A stretch of 63,593 nucleotides of DNA, the filler included, from Octopus bimaculoides (taxonomy: Eukaryota): NCBI RefSeq assembly GCF_001194135.2. It is 5 parts of 5 records of this genome, joined end to end, with 100 filler letters (N's around TTAATTAATTAA, not from the genome) between each part and the next. Parts side by side here need not be neighbours in the genome. Positions count along the whole stretch, not along the records: positions 13,062 to 41,099 come from NC_068998.1; 4 more parts are not named here. One strand, given 5' to 3'. The position numbers and the translations under genes are program-made. The notes below the pieces were generated by a model. It had not been told where the DNA came from, did no database searches, and worked only from the letters and a program-made list of their open reading frames with translations. Shown piece by piece: positions 26,269 to 38,826 of this stretch. Numbering within the stretch: the first letter of the stretch is position 1; each line of letters opens with the position of its first letter.

Positions 26269-26566
26269 GTATGCAAAATTGCAAGAATGTGGACTATGAG
26301 GACAGTGTCTGCCATCCCAGTAGTTGTAGGGGCACTCGGAGCACTAACAACCAAATTCGAGAAATATGTCAGAGAAATCGGAATTGACATGAGAGCAGAG
26401 CAAGCCCCAAAGTCGCTCTGCTGTGGACAGCTAGGATTTTGAGATTGGTACTTGGATATTGAATGTCTTTCTCTATAATTAACAACCATGTATCGAAGCT
26501 TATAATGTGCAGAAAAAAACCCTGTGAGACTTCTGACAACAGGCTGCTGCCTGCTATCACAGAATC
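26269..26566 (+). mobile_element. 5'-truncated R4/Dong-like 3' end embedded in (AAT)n
   Basis: CKIARMWTMRTVSAIPVVVGALGALTTKFEKYVREIGID..ALLWTARILRLVLGY*, then a short 3' UTR. (AAT)4 lies immediately upstream and (AAT)n from 26567. Confidence 0.85.
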
Positions 26567-26601
<35 letters not shown>

Positions 26602-26606
26602 TGATG

Positions 26607-26670
<64 letters not shown>

Positions 26671-26987
26671 TAATAATAATAATATGCCCTGCTAGGAACA
26701 GCCCACAACAGACACTATCAATTCAATAATACAACCTAAACGAAACAATCCACAAGCAAAAGACACACGCTATACAGCAATTATCCAATGAAATAAACTA
26801 CCACCAGCAAGCCACATAACCAACGCATTACATACTCAACACACAATACAAACAATAATACAGCAAAATACTTCACCATACTTCAAAAGAAAGAAAAAAT
26901 AGTGACGAAAAAAATGTTTCGCGGATTTTCACCAAATGCTGGGGGTTTTGGAACGTAACACCTGCGATAGTCGAGGGATTACTGTAA

Positions 26988-27168
26988 TCCTTTCTACTAT
27001 AGGCACAAGGCCTGAGATTTTGAGGATTACATTGGTACTTAGTTTATCGACCCCGATCGATGAAAGGCAAATTCGATCTCGGCGGAATTTGAACTCAGAG
27101 AGTAAAGACGGATGAAATGCCGCAAAGCATTTTGCCCGGCATAATAACAATTCTACCAGCTCACCGCC
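26988..27168 (-). mobile_element. SINE family A
   Basis: Revcomp of the family A head (ttctaccagctcaccgcc) and body (gatgaaaggcaaattcgatctcggcggaatttgaactcag). Confidence 0.85.
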
Positions 27169-27201
<33 letters not shown>

Positions 27202-27299
27202 CTTCAACAATTTGAAGTAGTAGCACCACCACCATTACAAACATCACCATCACCATTCTCATCATCACTACGCTCACCACGCAGTCAGCACCATCAACA

Positions 27300-27334
27300 T
27301 CACCACCACCACCACCACCACCACCATCACCACC

Positions 27335-27365
<31 letters not shown>

Positions 27366-27388
27366 CCATCACCACATCCACCACTCCG

Positions 27389-27458
<70 letters not shown>

Positions 27459-27510
27459 TTGCTAGTACGACGAAGACAACAACGACGACGACGATGATGA
27501 CCACCACCAT
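27300..27510. repeat. Compound (CAC)n/(CAA)n/(TAC)n/(GAC)n microsatellite
   Basis: Read directly from the sequence. Confidence 0.9.
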
Positions 27511-27987
27511 CGATATACTTTTGATGCTAAATTATTTCTGTGTAAATCTACGAAAAAGACTGCAAAGTGTGACTTCGGTTGATAAATCCTGCCACTTCTC
27601 AAAATTTTAATCCCTCGATATTAATGCCTGATGTTCCTTCTCATTAGCTAATTGTATCCTGAAGCGTTAATGGTGTTGAAGTTTTAATTATTGACAGTGT
27701 TTAATTTCATTTGTCTTCACAACCCATTTAAATAGAAGCCTGATTATGATAATGGTTCCCAAAGTAGAAAAAGAAACTAGGTTAAGAGACTAAATAATTA
27801 ATCAACACGCGCACACACACTTACGTGAATTTAAATACATACACATTTATATATGTATATATATATATGCGAATGTGTCTGTGTGTGTGTATGTGCGTGT
27901 GTGTTTGTTTGAGAGTGTGTGTGTATGTAACAACACACACACATGTATATATATATAAATATATATTTATATACACACATACATATC

Positions 27988-28274
27988 TCTCTTTTGCCGA
28001 ACCGCTAAGTTACGTGGATGTAAACACACCAACACTGGTTGTTAAGCGGCGAAGAGAGGAAAAACACAGGCACAAAGACACACATGGACACGCACGCACA
28101 CACATATAATATATATGTATGACGGGCTTCTTTCAGTTTCCGTTTACAAACTTCCCTCATAAGGCTTTCACCGGCTTGAGGCTACACTTGCCGAAGGTGT
28201 CAGGTAGTGAGACTGAACCCGGAACTATGTGGCTGGGAAGCAAGCTTCTTACTACAGAGCCACACCTACGCCTA
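27988..28274 (-). mobile_element. SINE family B with internal CA/TA microsatellite
   Basis: cttttgccgaaccgctaagttacg, gacgggcttctttcagtttccg and gagactgaacccggaactatgtgg are revcomps of family B landmarks. Confidence 0.85.
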
Positions 28275-28288
28275 TGTCTCTCTCTCTC

Positions 28289-28321
<33 letters not shown>

Positions 28322-28323
<2 letters not shown>

Positions 28324-28595
28324 TTAAATTAAGTAGAAAACGGGGAAAATTCTTGATCAACAAACAAATTGATTACCATCAATTATTATTTTTTTAAATG
28401 CAAAACTTTAACATTTCTAACAGCCGTTTCTGCTTCCAATGTCTGTCGGCGCTGCCAAAGAAAATTCTGAGCACTGACAGACATTGGAAGCAGAAACGGC
28501 TGTTAGAAAGGTTAAACTTTTGTATTTAAAATAATCGATGGTAATCAATTTATTTGTTGATCAAGAATTTTCTCCATTTTCTGCTTAATTTAAAT
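28322..28595. repeat. Long inverted repeat (arms about 130 bp, about 90% identical, 16-nt loop)
   Basis: 28322-28453 is the reverse complement of 28470-28595 (e.g. ctaacagccgtttctgcttccaatgtctgtc and gacagacattggaagcagaaacggctgttag). Confidence 0.95.
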
Positions 28596-28830
28596 TTGAT
28601 TCCTGACAAACTCTTGTTTATTTTGTTATTGCCTGTCTCCTATGAGCATAGTATGCTTGCATATCCATGCCCAGGGTTAAGATAGGTAATTTATACTGGT
28701 AGCAAAAACAGATATTCCTATCCCTTAGACGGTTATTCCAATCGCTAACTCTACTAACCTTACACACCCACACACACACACACACGCACAGAAGCACAGA
28801 CACAGACACAGACACACACTCACACACACA

Positions 28831-28879
<49 letters not shown>

Positions 28880-28894
28880 ACACACACTCACACT

Positions 28895-29068
28895 CAAGGT
28901 AAATTGCCGTCATTTCATATTTTAAATTTCACGTAAATTGTGTAAAAAAATTGCTAAAGTATTTTGAGTATTGTAGAAATATAACCAATTTATTGCGCAT
29001 AAACTTTAATAACAAAATCTTAAATGAATCCTCCACCAAGAGTTATATGGACCTCGATTGGGAGAATC
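28895..29068 (+). mobile_element. Degraded copy of the hAT MITE at 60116-60389
   Basis: gtattgtagaaatataaccaatttattgcgcataaactttaataacaaaatctt..atatggacc aligns with 60290-60372. Confidence 0.65.
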
Positions 29069-30254
29069 CTTCACGACAGGCTATGATTGACTTTTGAAAG
29101 ATTCCTATGGGACCGCATTTAATATATGAACTGTATTTTCAGGGTGCAAGTTGCATCATAGTAGAAGTGGCACCCTACATATATGGTTCATATAGTTGAA
29201 GACATGTTCTTGTGAATAAATCTGTTTTTCAAAATTTAATGCATTAAATGATGAGTTGCAAAGTTCTTGCAGGCACTCTTCTAAATTGCTGCATTATAAT
29301 ATTTCCTTCCCTTCAACGGATTTCTTTCGCTATTGTATAACATCTTTGAATCTTTGATTTACTTTGAACCATCGGACTTATCGTCGCCATCTGATGATCT
29401 TTTCCTTGTTTTCCTTCATTTAAGAATTTCAATTGGTTATATATATTCATATAATTTTCCTGCCACCCGCTTGGTTAATCTGAATCATATTTTTCTTTAA
29501 TACGGATTTTTAAAGAATTTCCTTTGCGTTCTCTCTGTAGCTGTTCTCTTTTATTATAATTTTCCCATTCACTTTCCCCTTCTCTTTGTTTCACCAATCT
29601 TCTTCCCACATTAATGTATTTAAACATTGCTTTTTATTCAAGCTTATTTATACATCCTTTCGTTTTTTCTAGTCCTTCAGGCTCAATATTTTCAATATAC
29701 ACAGCCAGAGCGATTATTTTTCCTATACTTCATTCTTTTCTCTCTTTTCTTCTCCTTAGCTAGCAAAGTTCATATAGTCTCTTTTTCCACACTCTCATTT
29801 TAAATTTATTATGCGTTTTATGTTTCATATTGCATAGGCAGAGTCGATTGGTTAAGAAGTTCACTTTGCAACCGCGTGGTTTTGTTCAGTTCATCTGCGT
29901 AAAACTGTATGGAAGTCTCGGTTTTCCATACATTATACATATAAAGAGAAAATTTTGTATGCGTACTTAGAGAAGAATCATTGGTGTAACCATTATGTTC
30001 TGGTGATCTGATGTGCTAGCATTTTTTAATTGCGTTGAATTGTGAATAAACAATTCTATTGTATAATTTGTAACATACATATTTATGCAAACATGTAAAC
30101 ATAATTTATTTCACATTGAAATTATTACTACATGAAAAAGGCTGCGAAACGGCTGTAACCTATTGGATGTCAAGTGATTGAATAAATATATTCACTTCTG
30201 ACACCTCCTGACTCTTTGTGGTTTATATATATATATATGCACACACACACACAC

Positions 30255-30326
<72 letters not shown>

Positions 30327-30756
30327 CACACACACACACATATATATATATATACGTTTCTCCCAGCGTTCACTATTTTCCTCGCGTTCTGGTCTAACGA
30401 CCCTCCATGTTTGTTTTCGTTCGGCTTCCTTGTATGTCTCCACTGCCATGTTTTTGTTTCCAACTTTGACCCTCCATAAATCCTAAATTTTATTTTAGAA
30501 TTTATGGAAGCGACTGTCTTTGAAGACTCATATTGTCGTTGAATGCTCGAAATGAGGAGTAGATTGACAGCCGGCAACTGGAGGAAGTGTCCTTTCTCAC
30601 TGTTTACTTGTCCTGTTTTCCATTTTTCGTGTTGTTTACGTATTTAACTCATTTGTTTATGTATTTCATATTATTTGCACCGTTGGTGATGTCCTGTCAC
30701 ATATGCATGNNNNNNNNNNNNNNNNNNNNNNNNNNNNNNNNNNNNNNNNNNNNNNN

Positions 30757-30796
<40 letters not shown>

Positions 30797-30860
30797 TGTA
30801 TATACGTATGTGCATCTGTGCATGTGTGTGTGTACGTGTATGCATGTGTACGTGTGTATA

Positions 30861-31053
30861 TCTGTGCTTGTGCCCCATCACCGCTTGAGAAGTGATGTCG
30901 GATTGTTTACCTCTCCGTAACTTAGCGGTTCGGCAAAAGATAGAATAAATACCAGACTTTAAAAAATGTACTGGGGCAAATTTGTTGAACGAAACCCTTC
31001 AAGGCTGTGCCCTAGCATGGCTTCAGTCCAATGACTGAAACAAGTAAAAGAAG
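30861..31053 (+). mobile_element. SINE family B, 3' half
   Basis: caccgcttgag..ccgtaacttagcggttcggcaaaaga..agcatggcttcagtccaatgactgaaacaagtaaaag. Confidence 0.85.
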
Positions 31054-31457
31054 ATACATATATGTTAATATCTGGCTATGTTGACAAGTACACCAAAAAT
31101 GTATACACACACACACACACACACACACACAGTCACACAGATATATGTATACACATACACATCTAGTCAATTAAGAAGACAAGAAACAGGAAGTATATAC
31201 GCAGGAACGCACACGTCACTTATATACTCACGCATATTTTTACGCGAAGTGATAAATATGTATGTATTTCTATAAAGTATTTTCATGCGCCTCAAGAAAT
31301 TCAATAAAATTCACCAACAACTTTGATTTTCCCACTGTGAACTGTCATTAGCTGCAGGCAATATTTGAACATCTTTTCAGGTGAAAAACACGAAGTAGTT
31401 CGTTACAACGATAACATATGCGCCCTCTTCCTACATGAATGACTGTATGTATGTATG

Positions 31458-31488
<31 letters not shown>

Positions 31489-31789
31489 GTTCAAAAAAAC
31501 AATAACAAAAAAACAAAAAAGCAACAAAGTGAGGACGTGATATGGATAGTGTTATTGGACGCTCAGGAAAGGAAAGAGAGAGTGTACGACGTTTCGGGCG
31601 TAGCCCTTCGTCGGAAAGATGGAAAGTTCGGAGAATGGAAGAACGGAGAAAGAGGAAAATGGTACCGATGCCCGTATGTACGTATGTGTGTGTGCGTGCG
31701 TGCGTGTGTGTGTGTGTGTGTGTGTGTTTGTGTGTTTGTGTGTGTGTTTGTGTGTTCTTTTCTATTTTTAATTAACTAAATTCCTCCTC

Positions 31790-32955
31790 TGAGAAAGGAG
31801 CTGGTTTCTTATAAAGTTACAAAGCCTCATCGTTGGAGTGTAGATAACGAAAACAGTGTCACATTTTAAACCCGAGAAAAGTCTTGCATAAGGCTTACTG
31901 TTCCGCTTACAGATTGTATTTGTAATGTGCGAATCAGTCGGTTGATTTCTTTTCTCTGAAAATCCAAGCTTATCCAGACTGACAATTAAGTATTTACTTG
32001 CAAAACCAAGTGCTCCAATGACCATTGGTATAAATGTAAGTTTGTAATCCGAATATAGAAGCTGGCGGTTTCGAAGCAGTTGTCCATAGCTATCTTTTTT
32101 CTCTTTGATTTTTCAAAGAGATATTCACATCAGCAGGACAGCTGACCTCTATGACGGTACATACTTTTTCTGGTCATCCCTAAACAACAATATCCGGTCT
32201 GAATGTTCCACTAGTATTCCTCGTGTTGATGCTTGTGTACATATTCAATAGTAGGGGTATTTTTCACGTTTATTCCAAAGCAGTGTTTTTTTCCAGATAA
32301 CATTATGTATTGTTTTTGTGACAACGTCGTGTCGCATATGGAGTTAGTACCTTGATGACAATTTTGGGTAGCCACTAATCACATGTGTGATGTCTTCCAG
32401 AAAAGTATGACATAATCTACATTTTGAGTTACATCTTGGTACTTCAAGGGTTCAGCTGTTGTTTTAGTGCTGTGAGCATTTTTAGAATAAATCTTGAGGT
32501 CATCCACAAAGAAATTTTGGGTCGCATTAATATCTGTAGCAGCTGCAAGTCCTTGCATGTAGCAATTTGATTCTTGTAGTAGAATGATAACGGATTTAAT
32601 GCTAAATTACAGGAAGACTAATTGTAAGAATTGCTGCCCAGGTGTTTGTGAGCCTCACAACGGCAGTAATGCCAAATGGAGACACTTCAACCATGAGTGG
32701 GGAATAGAGCCAAATGCCTTCCTATAATCAAGCCATACTGTTGTAAGGATCCTTTGACATTTTGTTTTCAAACAGCTTTGTTTATCAAAAGTTGTTCGGC
32801 GCATCCCCGCATCCCCTTCTATCTACCAACCTGTTCATTAGTCACTATGTTGTTGCACTCACAATGATCCTGGAAGAATTGGTTGAGGCAGCTTGTGCAC
32901 AGTTTGTACATTAATGTTTAGGTAAGTAATGGACAAACTCGGTGATTTCATTTGT
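31790..32955 (-). mobile_element. Internally deleted R4/Dong-like retrotransposon (RT + zinc knuckle + REL endonuclease)
   Basis: Minus-strand peptides include PITYLN..YKLCTSCL, GCAEQLLINKAV, VWLDYRKAFGSIPHSWL, FVDDLKIYSK, CRLCHTFLEDITHVISGYPKLSSRY*LHMRHDVV, RPDIVV..VIEVSCPAD and FIPMVIGALGFASK. Confidence 0.85.
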
Positions 32956-33131
32956 TCATGATTTGGTATGTCAATCTGACTTTCCATAGTGCAGTTCTAT
33001 ATTTAAGAGATGAGGAATTATGTACATTATTTATATTATTTACATTTGACGGATATTTGTCCTCATCTTGTTTGTTGTTAACGCTTCGGCTGATATACCT
33101 TCCTGCCTTTATCACTACACCATATGCCCAC

Positions 33132-33202
33132 GGGCATATGGCGTAGTGGTTAAGAGCGCCGGTTACTAACCCCAAGATTCCGAGTTCGATTCCAAGCAGT
33201 GA

Positions 33203-33240
<38 letters not shown>
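33132..33240 (+). mobile_element. Minimal tRNA-derived SINE or tRNA pseudogene with (AAT)n tail
   Basis: A-box TGGCGTAGTGG (33139-33149) and B-box GTTCGATTCC (33184-33193) in a head of about 75 nt, followed directly by (AAT)11. The acceptor stem does not pair, so it is not a functional tRNA. Confidence 0.8.
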
Positions 33241-34859
33241 TCGAAAAATACTTCTTTCTTTCAACGCCTCAAATGTAAAATCTCTTCCCTGAAGACAGAG
33301 ACTCGTTTAATCATACGATGGAATAAATTTACAAACATTATTTTGGACCATCGAGCTTCCAGAAACAGCTGTTGGATTTGTAATATTTTCTTCAACCCCT
33401 TTAATTCTCTATATCATTTGTATTCTGCGTAAGTCGGACCTTTTTGTACGTAAACATATATATACAATTTTTGTGTCCCATGTTTTTAATATGCTTTATA
33501 TTGTGATCTGCCTAACTTGCTTTTACTTCTACGCCTGCATTTACTTCTACGCCAGCTCAAGTCTAAATCTCTTGAGCATTACTAAATGTATTCTATATGG
33601 AGAATATCTGATTCTCATGTATGTATGTATGTATGTATGTATGTATATGCATATGTGTGTGTGTGTTTGTGTGTTTGTGTGTTTGTGTGTCTGTAATGAG
33701 AAAGAGAGAGTGATATTTATGGATTCCTCGCTATCAAATTTATTTCTAATCAACTAATTACCTGAAACACTCAGTAGTTAACTACTTAATTAACTATTTA
33801 ACTAAACACTTCACTAATCGTCTGACAAAGTGCGAAATAATATTTAACTAATAAAGTATCCATAAAACTCACTAAACTTTGTAACATTTAACTTACCAAA
33901 TAATTAAAAGAACTAGTTTTTAATTACGGAAAGGGTAAGACAAATTCATTACCAAATTAATCACTTAGTTTTGTGGCACTAACTACTCAAAGATATTCTA
34001 CATCACTGAACTTTCTCTTCATTGCTGATTCTATTGTTCGAATTGTTTTAACATCATTGGTCAATAGAAACAATTGATGAAACCGTTCATGCATCCTCAT
34101 TCTACGAGTAATCCAGTCTCATCTCCGCTCATTCAACTAATCAAGCAGTTCCCACTCCAGGTTACTATCTCATCACAGCTAACACTCTTGCTCAAACAGT
34201 TTTCATTCCACTCATCTTTCCCGCAGCTTCATTTGTGGGCCACTGACTCGACCATACCGTGAGATTACATTGAAACGATTTAGTTGCCCCTTTTGACCCA
34301 TTACAGCTCACTTCAACTGTTCGTGTAGTTTCGACTCCACTCAACTTTCTCATCTCAGTTCACTCAACTGCTCATATAGTTCACATTCTACTCAAATGAC
34401 TGGACTCAACTCACTCCGCTGCTCAAGCAGTTTCAACTCCACTAAGCTGTCTCCTCACAATTGAGATACTTACAGCAATCGCATATACCATCTTTAGGGA
34501 GGTTAAACTACAGCACCAAGAGTAGTAATGTACAAACAATATATTAGATCCATTTTGGGCTCTTCTACTCCTACGTAGATCTCCAATTATTCAAACACAC
34601 CACAAACATCTACAAAAGATTGAAAATAGCCCAGTTCGCATCATACCAAGTTATATACATACTGCACTAACATATCACCTATGCAAAAATACATGCTTGT
34701 TGTTGTCACAGCACACTTCATATCTTACAGTCCTTATTCTTATAGGAAAATCCATATCCAGACATTCAGTTGGATATTATATAAGACATCCCAGAAAAAA
34801 CAATATCCTAAAAACACTAAGTCTTTCACTCAGTCCAAATAAACATAAAGAACACACAC

Positions 34860-34943
34860 AAAGAAACAACAACAACAACAACAAAAACAACAAGAATAAT
34901 AATAGCAACAACAACGGCAACAAACAGTAACACCAACAGCAGC

Positions 34944-34974
<31 letters not shown>

Positions 34975-35115
34975 GCAGCAGCAGCAGCAATAGCGGCAGC
35001 AAGAAGAAGAAGAAGAAAGAAACGAGCATCACCAACGACACGCAGAAAGAGTAAAAACAACAAAAAACGGCAGCAACAGCAGCAGCAGCAACAACAACAA
35101 AAACAACCACAGCAA
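34860..35115. repeat. Compound (CAA)n/(CAG)n/(GAA)n trinucleotide array
   Basis: Read directly from the sequence. Confidence 0.9.
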
Positions 35116-35542
35116 CAACAAGTAAAGGAACAACATCGATGACACCAAAAACAAAAAAGCCAGAAAACATCGACGGCAACAACAACCTCGTCATTAAACT
35201 ACATCAAAGATGGCGACTCAAGTCCAACAAAAACATCAAAATATTAAAAAAACACATTCATCGCCATAAGATACTGAGATTTCTTCTTCTTCTTCTTCTT
35301 CTTCNNNNNNNNNNNNNNNNNNNNNNNNNNNNNNNNNNNNNNNNNNNNNNNNNNNNNNNNNNNNNNNNNNNNNNNNNNNNNNNNNNNNNNNNNNNNNNNN
35401 NNNNNNNNNNNNNNNNNNNNNNNNNNNNNNNNNNNNNNNNNNNNNNNNNNNNNNNNNNNNNNNNNNNNNNNNNNNNNNNNNNNNNNNNNNNNNNNNNNNN
35501 NNNNNNNNNNNNNNNNNNNNNNNNNNNNNNNNNNNNNNNNNN

Positions 35543-35609
35543 CTCCTCGTTGTTGTTGTTGTTGTTCTTCTTCTTTCTTTCTTTCTTCATTGTTATTCAT
35601 CTACTACTA

Positions 35610-35657
<48 letters not shown>

Positions 35658-35733
35658 CTTCTTCCTCTTCTTCTGCTGCTGCTGCTGCACCTGCTTCTGC
35701 AGCTGCTGCTGCTACTACTACTCCTGCTGCAAT

Positions 35734-35786
<53 letters not shown>

Positions 35787-35800
35787 TTTCCATTTTCTTC
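35543..35800. repeat. Compound (TTG)/(TAC)/(TGC)/(TTC) trinucleotide array
   Basis: Read directly from the sequence. Confidence 0.9.
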
Positions 35801-36439
35801 TACTTCTTCCTTTCCCTATCGCACCTACATCACCTACTTTCTTGCACCCCACCTTCCCTCCAGCCTTNNNNNNNNNNNNNNNNNNNNNNNNNNNNNNNNN
35901 NNNNNNNNNNNNNNNNNNNNNNNNNNNNNNNNNNNNNNNNNNNNNNNNNNNNNNNNNNNNNNNNNNNNNNNNNNNNNNNNNNNNNNNNNNNNNNNNNNNN
36001 NNNNNNNNNNNNNNNNNNNNNNNNNNNNNNNNNNNNNNNNNNNNNNNNNNNNNNNNNNNNNNNNNNNNNNNNNNNNNNNNNNNNNNNNNNNNNNNNNNNN
36101 NNNNNNNNNNNNNNNNNNNNNNNNNNNNNNNNNNNNNNNNNNNNNNNNNNNNNNNNNNNNNNNNNNNNNNNNNNNNNNNNNNNNNNNNNNNNNNNNNNNN
36201 NNNNNNNNNNNNNNNNNNNNNNNNNNNNNNNNNNNNNNNNNNNNNNNNNNNNNNNAATTAACGTACAGTCATGCTCTTACATTAAATTCTTAATATAATT
36301 CAATTCTGTGAAAGCTATTGCTGCTCCCGCCCTTTCTCTCCCCACCACTCTTTCTCTCATTTCCTTTATCTTTCTCTGCTTTTCCCGGTGATCTTAATGT
36401 CTGTATAAATGTCTTATCTGTTTATATGTTATTTTACTA

Positions 36440-36451
36440 AGTATGTATGTA

Positions 36452-36505
<54 letters not shown>

Positions 36506-36549
36506 TGTCTTTATCGCACTAAATGGTTATCTAATGACCGTGGGTGTGC

Positions 36550-36613
<64 letters not shown>

Positions 36614-36634
36614 TTCTCTCTCTTTCTCTCTGTC

Positions 36635-36667
<33 letters not shown>

Positions 36668-36683
36668 AAATCAGTCAACCTAC

Positions 36684-36731
<48 letters not shown>

Positions 36732-36808
36732 TTCTCTCTGTCTCTGTCTGTCTGTCTGTCTGTCTCTCTCTATCTCTCTATCTATCTATCAATCTATCTA
36801 TTTCTTTA

Positions 36809-36857
<49 letters not shown>

Positions 36858-36925
36858 GTCTCTGTCTCTCTGTCTGTCTGTCTCTCCCTATCTCTCTCTC
36901 TACCTATCAATCTATCTATCTATCT
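36440..36925. repeat. Compound (TG)n/(TCTA)n/(TCAA)n/(TC)n/(TCTG)n microsatellite block
   Basis: Read directly from the sequence. Confidence 0.9.
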
Positions 36926-37174
36926 GTCATCTTGTAAGTGAAATGAAATTGCTTTGGCTGGAATTTTCTTTTTATTGTCCTCATTGTAATTGCTTTGATT
37001 GTTCTCGTTGTTGTTGCTACTGTTGCCATTACTGCTTTTGTTGTTGTTATTGTTGTAAACTGAGTTTATTCAGGTTTCAATAAAAGCAATTTTCATTTTC
37101 TTTTTAAATGAAGATCCATTTTCCTAGTTATTTACATCCTTTCCCCCCTCTCCTCGTCTCCCTCTTCACCTCAT

Positions 37175-37735
37175 TCCTCTCCTCCTCCTCTTCTTCCTCT
37201 CCTCCTCCTCTTCTTCCTCTCCTCCTCCTCTTCTTCCTCTCCTCCTCCTCTTCTTCCNNNNNNNNNNNNNNNNNNNNNNNNNNNNNNNNNNNNNNNNNNN
37301 NNNNNNNNNNNNNNNNNNNNNNNNNNNNNNNNNNNNNNNNNNNNNNNNNNNNNNNNNNNNNNNNNNNNNNNNNNNNNNNNNNNNNNNNNNNNNNNNNNNN
37401 NNNNNNNNNNNNNNNNNNNNNNNNNNNNNNNNNNNNNNNNNNNNNNNNNNNNNNNNNNNNNNNNNNNNNNNNNNNNNNNNNNNNNNNNNNNNNNNNNNNN
37501 NNNNNNNNNNNNNNNNNNNNNNNNNNNNNNNNNNNNNNNNNNNNNNNNNNNNNNNNNNNNNNNNNNNNNNNNNNNNNNNNNNNNNNNNNNNNNNNNNNNN
37601 NNNNNNNNNNNNNNNNNNNNNNNNNNNNNNNNNNNNNNNNNNNNNNNNNNNNNNNNNNNNNNNNNNNNNNNNNNNNNNNNNNNNNNNNCTCCTCCTCCTC
37701 TTCTTCCTCTCCTCCTCCTCCTCTTCTTCCTCTCC
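37175..37735. repeat. Homopyrimidine 20-mer minisatellite (cctcctcctcttcttcctct)n spanning a gap
   Basis: The same unit occurs on both sides of the N-run 37258-37688. Confidence 0.85.
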
Positions 37736-38826
37736 CCGGCTCTCTCGCGGAGCTTCGATTCAATTAGAACGTGAGCTAAATGATGAGCACTCTTAAAACA
37801 GAAGGCAAGTTTCCTAATAATCCGGAACTGTGACACGGTTTCGATTCCCTGTTGTTGATTTAGGTGGAGTTATTCCTTTTCCCCCGATGCTTAATGTAAA
37901 ATGCGCGTCTTGTTACTGTTGCTGTTGTTTAACCTTAGCCTAACCCACATTGAGCGGACCTATGTGACTATTTCTTTCCAAGAGACCTACATTGTATTAC
38001 CATTATCCGATGTGTGTGTGTCCGTCCGAATTCGAGACAGCAAGATGGCGGCGAATTTGCAGAATCGTTAGAACACCAGACAGAATACCTTGCGATGTTT
38101 GTTCCTTTCTCTCACTCTTTCCTTCTGAATTTTACCAGTAATCGAAAGATCCCGTCTTGTTCCATAATGTCACGTTTATTCGACGTGGTAATTACGTTAA
38201 TGACATGCCATTACGTTAATGATATGTCATTAAGGATATGTCTCTGGAATACTCAGCCACTTACACAATTATTTCACGAGAGTATCAGTAATTCTGTTCG
38301 TTGAACATCTCCATTGAAGACGGCTGTATGTAACAAATTGAGTGAAGTGTGACTGTTGGTTTTTTAGTATGCCATTTACTCACATAAAAGCTTTCTTTTT
38401 TATTCTGCCACCTCATTCTTTTGTCACCTTTATTTCTATAAAGAAGGAGGTTATTATGGTTGATAGAAATGAACGATTAAACCTGACATATAACTGATTA
38501 GTGTTTAATCGACGTTGAAGAGATGGGTTTCAAAATAGAGCAAACAAGTGCGCCCTCTACGTGGACATTCAGATATGCCCCAAATTCCACCGCACCGTCT
38601 ATAAGAAGGAAAGACAGAACGGATAATGTAATGGTAGATACATAATGCACATACACTCCATAAAAAAGAAATGTTGGTCACGAATGGAACGCCTTTGATA
38701 ATGGATTTATTCAGTCAAGGCTGACCTAGGTCTAAACAAGTTATACGCTCCTGCCATTTAAAAAAAAAATGACATAATGGAAATGTAACCTTAGATATAT
38801 ATTACCTGAAAAAAAATTACTGGATA

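Noticed and set aside
29150-29830. Purine-rich minus strand resembling an RTE/L1 coiled region
   Set aside because: No diagnostic motif is recoverable and there are too many stops to support a call.
33132-33207. Functional tRNA gene
   Set aside because: A and B boxes are present, but there is no acceptor-stem pairing and an (AAT)n tail follows, so it is SINE-like.
38034-38075. Perfect YY1-like motif CAAGATGGCGGC
   Set aside because: It is part of a degraded SINE A head (ggcggcgaatttgcagaatcgttag).
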